DNA of 36,486 bases from a virus (taxonomy: Duplodnaviria > Caudoviricetes), in IMG/VR virus record IMGVR_UViG_3300013126_000103, positions 1-36,486 of that record. The stretch is one strand, 5' to 3'. Positions 26,472-35,407 of this stretch are shown here, one piece after another (within the stretch, counting starts at the first letter, position 1; each line of letters begins with the position of its first letter). The translations under genes and the position numbers were made by a program. A model generated the notes under the pieces. It was not told where the DNA came from. It ran no database searches and saw only the letters and a list, made by a program, of their open reading frames with translations.

Positions 26472-26479
26472 TATAAATA
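26472..26479 (-). promoter_or_regulatory. TATTTATA motif (putative late promoter for the sheath gene)
   Basis: 36 nt upstream of the ATG at 26435, the same spacing as for the tube gene. Confidence 0.55.
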
Positions 26480-26560
26480 TCTTTGTTTTTATGAAAGATT
26501 TCCCTAATATTTTTAAAATAGATATTTATTTATCTAATAATATCTTAATTTATCTTTAGT

Positions 26561-26716
26561 ATGGAAAACACAGTTAAAAACGTTAAAATAAGTGAAAAAC
26601 ATCACGAAATGTTAAAAAAGTTTTGTGATGAAAAAGGAATAAAAATCTATAAATTTTTAGAAAAATTAATAGAAGAAAATTGTAAACCTAAGAAAAAAGA
26701 TTTGTACGGTGAGTGA
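26561..26716 (+). CDS. Small ribbon-helix-helix-like DNA-binding protein (absent from the ORF track)
   Basis: 51 aa, MENTVKNVKISEKHHEMLKKFCDEKGIKIYKFLEKLIEENCKPKKKDLYGE: strand KNVKI, helix, G-turn, helix. TATCTTTA box 2 nt before the ATG; the stop abuts the stop of the next gene. Confidence 0.7.
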   Translation: MENTVKNVKISEKHHEMLKKFCDEKGIKIYKFLEKLIEENCKPKKKDLYGE

Positions 26717-27970
26717 TTAATGTAGATAGGTAATACCTATTTTAGAACCCACAACTGGTGCACCTTGTAACGTGACCACTCTTTGATCCGTTATTTCAAA
26801 ACCCACACCCTCTTCTTCTACAAGACCATTAATATCTAATGTAACAATACTATCTATTACGTTTACAACCGTGAAAGATAATGTTGAACCATTGTAAGTA
26901 AAATACTCGGTCGATACTTGGATAGGTCTACCGTAAGTATCAATTATGACACTATTTCTTCCTTTGTAATATGTTATGGTAATAACACTACCTTCTAATG
27001 GTGGAGTCACAAAAGTTACCTTAGATGTACCCGCAACATGAAAATAATCAACATCTCTTTCTTGAATCAAACCATTAATTGCAACATTAAAAAGTATACC
27101 GATAGTTTCACCAACACTAAACGCGGTCTGTAAACCATCAGCAGTGAAACTTACTACGGTTATATCTATTGTTTTATTAATATATTTCTTTTGATAGTTA
27201 CTACTCTGTATAAACTCATTCATAAGAAACATTCTACTTAAAGCGGGTTTTACCTCAAATTCCTCACTATCAATTAATATACCTAACATGGTAAATTTAT
27301 AATTCTGAATATAGAATCTACGACTATCCAAAGATTCCATAGGGGTACTATCATCAATACCATCTAAAACAATTGGAATATAGTGACCCTTAACTGTGGT
27401 ATATGATTGTCTTGAGGAGAATTTTTGTAAAACAATTTTATTAAATTTATTTAAATCTCTGAATTTAGTACAAACTATAGTAACTTCATATGATATATCA
27501 ATTGCAACAGGTTGTGGCATTTTATAAATGTCCGCACCCATTTGTGTACCGTTCCAAGTTGGGACAGACGCATAATAGAATGTAGTTCTATCAGGAATTG
27601 TTCTTTGAACAGATGGATTTGTTCCAGGTTGTGCATCGGGCTTTCTTATCAAAGCAATAAATGGAAGTTTTATATTTCCATCATCGTCTGTAAACTGCCA
27701 ATTATTTGTGAATTCCCCCCATCTTTGTATAGTCATAATTTTAGGAATAACGGGAATCATCTCACCGTCTGTCACTATTTTGAAGTTCTTCTTGACAAAG
27801 TCCAACATTCCCCCATCTAAATCATCATGTAGGACAGAATCAGGTAAATAAGAATCGGATTTAGTGATTCTATCTAATAACTCTTGTCTTCTCTCAAGAA
27901 TTTTTTGACCTTGGTAGTATTCCTTGTTTCCGTAAACTTCTATGTCGTTTTTTCTTTTTGGGATACCCAT
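26717..27970 (-). CDS. Tail terminator/completion protein (T4 gp15-like) with two C-terminal beta-rich repeats
   Basis: Likely start at ATG 27970 (MGIPKRK, 417 aa), 1 nt after the upstream stop. P..IDISYEV.I core, then two FT..G....F.....INGL......F...P..GS.I.ITY repeats. Confidence 0.6.
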   Translation of the reverse strand: MGIPKRKNDIEVYGNKEYYQGQKILERRQELLDRITKSDSYLPDSVLHDDLDGGMLDFVKKNFKIVTDGEMIPVIPKIMTIQRWGEFTNNWQFTDDDGNIKLPFIALIRKPDAQPGTNPSVQRTIPDRTTFYYASVPTWNGTQMGADIYKMPQPVAIDISYEVTIVCTKFRDLNKFNKIVLQKFSSRQSYTTVKGHYIPIVLDGIDDSTPMESLDSRRFYIQNYKFTMLGILIDSEEFEVKPALSRMFLMNEFIQSSNYQKKYINKTIDITVVSFTADGLQTAFSVGETIGILFNVAINGLIQERDVDYFHVAGTSKVTFVTPPLEGSVITITYYKGRNSVIIDTYGRPIQVSTEYFTYNGSTLSFTVVNVIDSIVTLDINGLVEEEGVGFEITDQRVVTLQGAPVVGSKIGITYLH

Positions 27971-27971
27971 T

Positions 27972-28484
27972 TTATATTCCTCTAAATTCTGATTCTTGGA
28001 CAGGAGCACACTCTATTGTCAGATAATGTGGCTTATATCCAAACATTTTATGTTTATTGTCAGCTTGTATTCTACCGTCATTGGTTACTTGATAGAAACG
28101 TAATCTTTCTTCACTTTCAGCATAACCAACAAAATCACCGTATCTAATTTGTACACCTAATTCATCTAAATGACTTAAATAAATTCTTATTGTAAGATTA
28201 CCGGCTTCCAAATATCTTGCGACACCGGTTTTATAAGATGCATTCTTTGCTTCAGCAATTTGAACCAATCCATTAATTTCAATTGGAGGGAAAAATTTAA
28301 TTTCGTCTTTACCAACTTCAGCATATATTGAGTCGGTATCAGTTTTTGTCCTATCAACTCGATATAAAACAAATTTCATATTCAAGTCACCATGAAGATA
28401 CTCTTGACCCATTTGTATGTTGATGTCAAAATCTTCTTGTGAGAAGAATTTAGACAATCTGGTGATTGGTAGTTTATTGTTCAT
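27972..28484 (-). CDS. Neck / head-closure protein (gp14-like, putative)
   Basis: 170 aa with LYRVD..T.TDSIY.E....KF.PP.E, L....Y..HL.EL....GDF and FYQV; adjacent to the tail terminator gene and preceded by TATTTATA. Confidence 0.55.
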   Translation of the reverse strand: MNNKLPITRLSKFFSQEDFDINIQMGQEYLHGDLNMKFVLYRVDRTKTDTDSIYAEVGKDEIKFFPPIEINGLVQIAEAKNASYKTGVARYLEAGNLTIRIYLSHLDELGVQIRYGDFVGYAESEERLRFYQVTNDGRIQADNKHKMFGYKPHYLTIECAPVQESEFRGI

Positions 28485-28534
28485 ATCCTTATAAATAGTT
28501 TAATATTATAATCTAATTATTTATATTTGTAATA
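28485..28534. promoter_or_regulatory. Divergent promoter region
   Basis: TATTTATA on minus (28490-28497, 5 nt before ATG 28484) and TATATTTG on plus (28522-28529, 5 nt before ATG 28535). Confidence 0.6.
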
Positions 28535-30289
28535 ATGGATAGTATGATTATACCTGAAATTGAAGCAAGAGATGTTTTATTAACATATGAAGGTTCTAAT
28601 AATCAATTATTGGAATGGAAAAGGAGATTTGTTGAAGTAAAAAACTTTAAACTAACAAGACCACAATCTGAGTATGTTTTAAAATATAAGGACACCACTC
28701 CTAAAATTGCTAAAAAATATATTAGTATTGTTTCCAATTTTGGTGAAAAACTAATGGATGAGAAACTTTTAACCTCCATACCCGACAAAATATGGTGTGA
28801 GAAACTATTGTGTGAATCTGATAAAGCATATCACATTTGGGGTAAAATTTTAGATTCCGATAAACTATCCGCATTTTGGTTACCAAAAGCGGCGGTAATT
28901 CAACCAGAAAAAAAACTAAGTAGGATTATTGATTATTCGGTCTATTCAACAAGACCTCCAATGAATCATCAAAAAATAGCAATTGAAAAACTATTAGCAA
29001 ACGATAAATATATTTTAGCCGATGATATGGGGCTGGGAAAAACCACATCGGCGGTAATTGGTGCGTTAGAAAGTGGTGCAAAAAAAATACTTATAGTGTG
29101 TCCTGCATCTCTAAAAATAAATTGGGAAAGGGAAATAAAAAACTATTCAGATAGAAAAGTATTAATTGTCGAAGGACGTAAATGGGGCTCTACTTTTGAT
29201 TTCTATATTATTAATTATGATATTATTAAGAACTATCACACCACAGATAAAAGTGAGGATAGTGATGATTATAAATTATTGGTTAATGCCGGTTTTGAGT
29301 TGGCAATCGTAGATGAAGCTCATTACATTTCAAACAACACAGCACAAAGAACAAGATTATTGAATGATGTTTTAGAAAAGATTCCTAAGGTTTGGTTATT
29401 AACCGGAACACCAATGACATCAAGACCAATAAACTATTTTAATTTATTAAAGATTGTTGATTCACCTCTTACCTTGAATTGGCAAACATATGTAAGAAGA
29501 TATTGTAAAGGATTTCAATTCAGGGTTGGTAATAGAAAAGTTTGGAACACAAGTGGTGCAAGTAATTTGGATGAATTACGAGAACTAACTAAGAACGTTG
29601 TTCTTCGTAGAATGAAAACCGACATTCTAGATTTACCAGAAAAAATTGTAACTCCCGTCTTTCTTGAATTGAGTAGTAAAATGTATGATGATGAGTTGGA
29701 AGAATTTGTAAGAATCAGTAAAGAAAAGAAAGAGGAGGATACAATTAGTATTACTCTTAATCGTCTTATGAAAGTAAGACAATTAATTTCTTATGAAAAA
29801 ATTCCTTATACATGTGAATTGATTGACAAATGTCTTGAACAAGGTAAGAAGGTTATTGTATTAACAAACTTTACAATGACTCTTGATATGTTACATGAGA
29901 AATACAAAAAGAATTCTGTTGTTTTAGATGGTCGTATGTCTAAAGACAGAAGACAAGAATCTGTTGATAGATTTCAAAATGAAGATAAAGTAAAGGTATT
30001 CATTGGTAATATTAAAGCTGCTGGTGTTGGTATTACATTGACCGCAGCTGAAGTGGTTATTATGAATGACCTTTCATTTGTTCCTGCTGATCACTCACAA
30101 GGAGAGGATAGAGCGTATCGTTATGGGCAAAAGAATAGTGTACTTGTGTATTATCCCGTATTTGAGAATACAATAGAAAAAGTTATCTATAATATATTAC
30201 AGAAGAAGAAAGGGATTATTGACCAAGTAATGGGAGATGGAGAATTCTCGGAATCGTTCGGTCAAGATTTAATTAAACACTTGCTTTAA
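28535..30289 (+). CDS. SNF2-family helicase/ATPase (SMARCAL1/HARP-like)
   Basis: LADDMGLGKT, CPASLKINW, VDEAH, LLTGTP, RRMK, GVGITLTAA and QGEDRAYRYGQ. Confidence 0.92.
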   Translation: MDSMIIPEIEARDVLLTYEGSNNQLLEWKRRFVEVKNFKLTRPQSEYVLKYKDTTPKIAKKYISIVSNFGEKLMDEKLLTSIPDKIWCEKLLCESDKAYHIWGKILDSDKLSAFWLPKAAVIQPEKKLSRIIDYSVYSTRPPMNHQKIAIEKLLANDKYILADDMGLGKTTSAVIGALESGAKKILIVCPASLKINWEREIKNYSDRKVLIVEGRKWGSTFDFYIINYDIIKNYHTTDKSEDSDDYKLLVNAGFELAIVDEAHYISNNTAQRTRLLNDVLEKIPKVWLLTGTPMTSRPINYFNLLKIVDSPLTLNWQTYVRRYCKGFQFRVGNRKVWNTSGASNLDELRELTKNVVLRRMKTDILDLPEKIVTPVFLELSSKMYDDELEEFVRISKEKKEEDTISITLNRLMKVRQLISYEKIPYTCELIDKCLEQGKKVIVLTNFTMTLDMLHEKYKKNSVVLDGRMSKDRRQESVDRFQNEDKVKVFIGNIKAAGVGITLTAAEVVIMNDLSFVPADHSQGEDRAYRYGQKNSVLVYYPVFENTIEKVIYNILQKKKGIIDQVMGDGEFSESFGQDLIKHLL

Positions 30290-31303
30290 TTCATCAAATT
30301 TTTCTTTCAATAAAACTATAAGATTTTCATCTTTAAAATCTGAAATTCTAATATTAATCATTTTCTCAGGTTCTTTTTGTATTATAACCTCATTAGAACC
30401 ATCGGGAATGTGTTCAATTTCAATTAATACTTTTCTATCAAAACAAAATGTTGCAATTTCTTCTAATTTTTCTGGTACCATAATTTTTTCTTTTATTCTT
30501 ACAGGGTGAGTGATTTCTTTTTTGAAAAATATATTTTGTCCTTCCCTATTAATATATCTATTGAGGTTTTGAAATAAAATAATTTCAGTTTCGTTTAATT
30601 TAATATCAACATAACACCAATAATCCACATCCGCTTTTAAATCGTTTACCGATCCCGATACAAGATATCCACTTTCATCTTCACGAATTACTTTACCACT
30701 CTTTACTTGTATTTTAATTTTTTCTTTTGTTTCTAATTCAATTATAACATCAATACCTTTAAAATCATTTATATCTCCTCGTTGTAATGCAAAATCCATT
30801 TTTACAATTTTGTGTTCATTAAAAATGGTTCTAATTTTATACATTAAACAAATAATTGTAATTTGTCCTAATGTCCAAGATTTGTTACACCTAAACCAAA
30901 AATGATAAAAATACTTTGTTTCAATATTGGTAGTAAAAAATAATTCGAAATTTCCTTCAACAAAATCAAATAATAATTCTAAATTTTCATCCCACTTATC
31001 TCTATCATTAAAATCCAACTCTACTCCTGTTTTTTGATAGTATAGATAGTAAAAATCATGAAAACAATAAGGGTGTGTATTCGGTGTATTTCTCCAACAC
31101 CAAGAAACGGGAACTTCGTTGAAAAAATCTAGAATTCCATACATTCCATTTTTACGCCAATAACCCCATATACCCAATTCTCTACCTTTTTTTTCAAAAA
31201 CTATATTACATTTTTCTTTATATTTTTTTTTAAAATCACCAGATAGAAGACTTTTGAAATGGTCATATCTATGATTTCTAATATCTGAATTTAGTATTTC
31301 CAT
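30269..31303 (-). CDS. Hypothetical protein with a putative PD-(D/E)XK-type nuclease domain
   Basis: 344 aa with DFKGIDVIIE......IQVKS (D...QxK variant) and an aromatic-rich N-terminal half. Confidence 0.55.
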   Translation of the reverse strand: MEILNSDIRNHRYDHFKSLLSGDFKKKYKEKCNIVFEKKGRELGIWGYWRKNGMYGILDFFNEVPVSWCWRNTPNTHPYCFHDFYYLYYQKTGVELDFNDRDKWDENLELLFDFVEGNFELFFTTNIETKYFYHFWFRCNKSWTLGQITIICLMYKIRTIFNEHKIVKMDFALQRGDINDFKGIDVIIELETKEKIKIQVKSGKVIREDESGYLVSGSVNDLKADVDYWCYVDIKLNETEIILFQNLNRYINREGQNIFFKKEITHPVRIKEKIMVPEKLEEIATFCFDRKVLIEIEHIPDGSNEVIIQKEPEKMINIRISDFKDENLIVLLKEKFDELKQVFN

Positions 31304-31344
31304 AATACAAATATAAAGTATTTATAGGAATATACCAAAAAACT
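31304..31344. promoter_or_regulatory. Overlapping divergent promoter region
   Basis: TATATTTG on minus (31315-31308, 4 nt before ATG 31303) and TATTTATA on plus (31319-31326, 18 nt before ATG 31345). Confidence 0.6.
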
Positions 31345-32460
31345 ATGTCAATAACAGTAATATCACAACCCGAAAAGGAGAAATTATATACACAGGTGTT
31401 TCATTTATTGGGTATGCCCGTTCGTGGAATTGAACTTACCGAGGAGCAGATGGATACATTTATGGAACTATCTATATCCGAATATGAACAATACGTGAGT
31501 GATTGGTTAATAGAATCTCAGTGGTCGGCTTTAGCGGGACTTGATGTTGATACACAATCTTTAACACGAGCATTTACAACAAGAAGTTTAGAATACGAAA
31601 CACAATACACACACTCTTATTCTAAAATTGTTGGTTTACAGACAGGTGGAAATTGGGAATTAAAAAAGGATTATTTTGAATTATCGGGTAACACACAAAC
31701 ATATGTAATACCCGCCGGTAGAGAAATAAACGAACTTCTTTGGTTTCAAAGAGCAGAATTAACGGATTCAATTGTGGATCCATTCTTAGGTGGTTTCGGT
31801 GGTCTTGGTGGTGTTGGTTTCGGTGGTGTTGGTGGTTTTGCACAAGTTGGTACTTCGGGTTCTTATTTCATGTTACCCGCATATGACCTACTTTTAAGAA
31901 TGCAAGATAGAAATATTAAAAATAGATTAATTGGAGGGGATGTTACATATAGAATCACTGCAGGTCCTAACGGAACAAAACTTGTTCACTTACATAACGT
32001 ACCTGGTGGTAGATTTGATTTCTCTAATTTGAGAAACAATTATAGAGTTTGGTATTGGTATTATGATACCACAGATAGAGATACATGTTTAGATGAAAAT
32101 GCGGACGTTGTTAAATTACCATCAGATGTTGAAACAACCCCACTGACTTGGGATGTTTTAAATAAACCCGCACAAAATTGGGTTAGAAAATATCTAATAG
32201 CATATTCTAAAGAAGGTTTAGCTAGAATATGGGGTAAGTTTTCAGGTGATTTACAAGTTCCTGATAGTTCAGTGAAACTTGATTATAGTTCATTATTAAC
32301 TGAAGCAAAAGACGAAAGAACGAAGTTAGTTGAAGAGTTAATGCAAAGACTCGAAAGACTTCGCCCCGACAAACTTCTCGAAAGAAAAGGTGCCGAGGCG
32401 GAAAATCTTAATAAATCATTGAAGTTTAGACCGATGCAATCACCATTTAATGTAATTTAA
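31345..32460 (+). CDS. Neck / head-tail adaptor protein (T4 gp13-like)
   Basis: 371 aa with LG.PV..IELTEEQ.D......I..Y at the N-terminus and WVRKY..A.SKE.L..I.GKFSG...P...V.LD...L..EA..E...L.EEL at the C-terminus. Confidence 0.8.
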   Translation: MSITVISQPEKEKLYTQVFHLLGMPVRGIELTEEQMDTFMELSISEYEQYVSDWLIESQWSALAGLDVDTQSLTRAFTTRSLEYETQYTHSYSKIVGLQTGGNWELKKDYFELSGNTQTYVIPAGREINELLWFQRAELTDSIVDPFLGGFGGLGGVGFGGVGGFAQVGTSGSYFMLPAYDLLLRMQDRNIKNRLIGGDVTYRITAGPNGTKLVHLHNVPGGRFDFSNLRNNYRVWYWYYDTTDRDTCLDENADVVKLPSDVETTPLTWDVLNKPAQNWVRKYLIAYSKEGLARIWGKFSGDLQVPDSSVKLDYSSLLTEAKDERTKLVEELMQRLERLRPDKLLERKGAEAENLNKSLKFRPMQSPFNVI

Positions 32461-35354
32461 GATTCTACTGCATGATATGCATAATCATGAGCACTGTTCT
32501 CAATGATTTCATCCTCATTACTTTTTATACTATTTGCCTGTAGTTTTACAACCTTTCTATTGTAGTCTACCCAGTATTGGTCAACTAGTGATAAACTATC
32601 TTCAACGTACATAAAAAAAGGATCACGATTTACACGATTCCAAAATAAAACTTCACTATCAGATAAAGTCATCACTTCATCAAACTTATCCTGACCATCT
32701 TCTTTTAAAGGAAATCCACTAACCAATTCACATTGTAATTTTGTGAAATACTGTCTTTGATTGGGGTCTTCTACTAATATATCTTCTCTAATTTCAGGTT
32801 TGAATACACAAAGTAATGGTTCTATTCTTTTATTGAATGTCGACAAATATCTTGGTACATTGTAATCTCCTGTCATATTTGGATTGTCTTGAATTTCTTT
32901 TTCTGAAATCATATAACAATTCACTTCAATAAAATCAGGAGGTATTGGATACCCATGTTTTTGTTGAAATTCTTCTTGTTGTTTTTTTGTTGGTTTTGAA
33001 ACCTTTTGTACATCACCAGAAGATTTTTTTAATCCGTTGTTAACATAATAAATTGTTTCACCTAAACCAGCAGGATAATCATTTAACATAACAAGTTCCA
33101 TATGAGCCTGTCTTGACATCAATGAACCAGCTTTAGTTACTTTTTTAATATGTTTTCTATACTCATCAACGGATTGTTTAACTCTTGCCTTATTTGCAAT
33201 TTTTGACAATGGAATTTCTTTATTGAAAATCTTAGTCACATAATCATAATACAAATCAACAAATCCCACACCATCACCATTTAATAACATTTTTAAACCC
33301 TCATCCAAAAACTCAACAATGTATTGTTGTAGTTTTTTAGACTTGATTGTATTGCCTGTCAACTTAATTTTCTCTATACCCTTCTTTAATAATTTGATGA
33401 TGTAATTCTTACGAGATACGTTGATACATGCCGGTGCAGTATAATCAATATCTAACCCCATTTCATTTCTCATAAAAATGTCATTAAACTCCGCCGTATC
33501 CGCTTCAATACCAATATACTCCTTACCATCATCAACTAATTCATTTAAACCTTTACCGATATATTTGTGTTCATTAATTGTTTCGGGCGTTTCAAAGTTA
33601 ACACCATCCGTGTCCATCACAAGAGGTTTATAACCTTTCTTCATAAAGAACATAATCATCATTCGTAAACATTGACGACCAACACAAGTAATTGTTTCAC
33701 CCATATTCATATCACCCCACGGAAATACTTGTGGTGCCGACAATGAACCGAAATAAGCGTTAATGAAAATTTTAATTGGTAATTGTTTACGGTCATACAT
33801 TTCCGCCTCAACAGGATTGATTTTTACCAATTCACCAGCAAGTCTTTTATATTTGATACGAATATTACGGAAATACTTTAACATTGATTTTTGCACTCCC
33901 ATAACATCACATTCAGGGAACACATCATATACAAGTTGAATTGATGGGTATAGAGATGCATAGTCAAATTTAACAATGTTCTTTGAGTACCCAACATTTA
34001 GTAATCTTGATAAACCACCAGTAATTGCACGTTTCTCATCTTTACAGGGTACGGCCAAATTATTTTCATAACTCCAAGCCAACATAATTATTTTCCACAA
34101 TGTTGCTGTACCCATTGTTGCGATTCTTTCATACGTAGTAGGAACTAATTTAGAAAGTAAAAAAGTTGATTGTGAAAATGAATCATCAACAACCATAGTT
34201 TCAGTTAAGTCATCATCAAGATATTGTTCAATAATTTTTCTACCGGTCCATATTTCATATTTACCAGGATATTTTTGTAAAATATTTTCTGTACCAGGCT
34301 CCCCTATTTTTTTATATTTTCCTGTTTTAGGATTAATATAATAACTTTCGTTATCAAGATATATTTTAGAAATCCAAGCACCATCCACGTACACACGATT
34401 AGGTTTTTCTTTTTCCAAATATTGTGTAATATATTTCAAACCCCAAGACTTAATTTCACTATTGATTGCCTGTGCTCTACGAACCGCGTGTGCAATATCA
34501 ATAATGTTAAAACCCCAAATAACATGTTGTGTATATGGTTCAACCTCATTTGCTAGTTTTAATATACCTTCTTTTTCTGTTATTCCTTTTGAGGTATATA
34601 TTCCCGTCAAACCCTGAGTATCAACATCTAAAATTTGTGCTCTTTTTAAAATAAAAGGCCAATCGAAAAAAGCTGAGTTATAACCACCAATAATTGTTGG
34701 TTTCACTTCTCTAATTGTTAAGAAAAATTCCTCAATACATTTTTTTTCGCCGTCTTCACCAAACGCCGCAATTGTTTTTTGTAAACCACGATTGTCCTTA
34801 ACTCCAATCAAGATAATTTTATCTTTATCGGCTTCAAGACCTGTGGTCTCAATATCGAATACAAATCGATGAACACCACCATAATCATCAATACCCTTAA
34901 ATAATCTTTTCTTTTTATCAATTAGATATTGTTCAACAGGTGATAGAACCTGAAAATATTGTCTAAAATTTTCATTCCACGGATCGATTCCACCTTCTCT
35001 AAAGAAACTTGTTAGGTTGGTATAACTTTTTATACTTTTTACCAAATACTTCAAACCACCTTCAAGCCTTTCATTACCATAGGTTTGTAATTTTTCAATT
35101 ACAATACCATGTGTAGACATTGCTCTTTTTTGTTCTGATTTGGAATTCCTATAAAAATTCAAACCCGATAAATCACCAACCCATAAAAATGGTGTAAATG
35201 AATCTTTTTTAATGATTTTACCCTGTTCAGGGTCCTGAATAATTTTGTAGATTGTGTTTGTTGGGTAATCGTATTCTACTCCGACGATATACTTTTCATC
35301 GTCCCAACCATTAAGGAAATTTTCGATAATTTCCTGAGAAATAACCTCTTTCAT
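32457..35354 (-). CDS. DNA polymerase family B with 3'-5' exonuclease
   Basis: 965 aa with ExoI FDIETTG, ExoII GYNSAFFDWPFI, ExoIII YLDDD, motif A FDYASLYPS, motif B KIFINAYFG, motif C MDTDG and RKNY. Confidence 0.95.
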   Translation of the reverse strand: MKEVISQEIIENFLNGWDDEKYIVGVEYDYPTNTIYKIIQDPEQGKIIKKDSFTPFLWVGDLSGLNFYRNSKSEQKRAMSTHGIVIEKLQTYGNERLEGGLKYLVKSIKSYTNLTSFFREGGIDPWNENFRQYFQVLSPVEQYLIDKKKRLFKGIDDYGGVHRFVFDIETTGLEADKDKIILIGVKDNRGLQKTIAAFGEDGEKKCIEEFFLTIREVKPTIIGGYNSAFFDWPFILKRAQILDVDTQGLTGIYTSKGITEKEGILKLANEVEPYTQHVIWGFNIIDIAHAVRRAQAINSEIKSWGLKYITQYLEKEKPNRVYVDGAWISKIYLDNESYYINPKTGKYKKIGEPGTENILQKYPGKYEIWTGRKIIEQYLDDDLTETMVVDDSFSQSTFLLSKLVPTTYERIATMGTATLWKIIMLAWSYENNLAVPCKDEKRAITGGLSRLLNVGYSKNIVKFDYASLYPSIQLVYDVFPECDVMGVQKSMLKYFRNIRIKYKRLAGELVKINPVEAEMYDRKQLPIKIFINAYFGSLSAPQVFPWGDMNMGETITCVGRQCLRMMIMFFMKKGYKPLVMDTDGVNFETPETINEHKYIGKGLNELVDDGKEYIGIEADTAEFNDIFMRNEMGLDIDYTAPACINVSRKNYIIKLLKKGIEKIKLTGNTIKSKKLQQYIVEFLDEGLKMLLNGDGVGFVDLYYDYVTKIFNKEIPLSKIANKARVKQSVDEYRKHIKKVTKAGSLMSRQAHMELVMLNDYPAGLGETIYYVNNGLKKSSGDVQKVSKPTKKQQEEFQQKHGYPIPPDFIEVNCYMISEKEIQDNPNMTGDYNVPRYLSTFNKRIEPLLCVFKPEIREDILVEDPNQRQYFTKLQCELVSGFPLKEDGQDKFDEVMTLSDSEVLFWNRVNRDPFFMYVEDSLSLVDQYWVDYNRKVVKLQANSIKSNEDEIIENSAHDYAYHAVES

Positions 35355-35371
35355 TTATATTTTTTTTAAGT

Positions 35372-35407
35372 GACACATTTGCTTGTGGAGTTACACCACA
35401 ATTTGTC
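35372..35407 (-). promoter_or_regulatory. Stem-loop in the 5' leader of the DNA polymerase gene
   Basis: Minus strand GACA-AA-TTGTGG-TGTAACT-CCACAA-GCAAATG-TGTC, ending 17 nt before the ATG; no U tract follows. Confidence 0.5.

Noticed and set aside
27971-28009. Track start of the gp15-like ORF at 28009
   Set aside because: It overlaps the upstream gene by 38 nt; the ATG at 27970, right after the upstream stop, is more plausible.
37-35354. Inteins or introns in nrdA, the helicase, UvsX or the polymerase
   Set aside because: Lengths are normal, motifs are contiguous, and no intein C...HN-(C/S/T) or LAGLIDADG signatures were seen.
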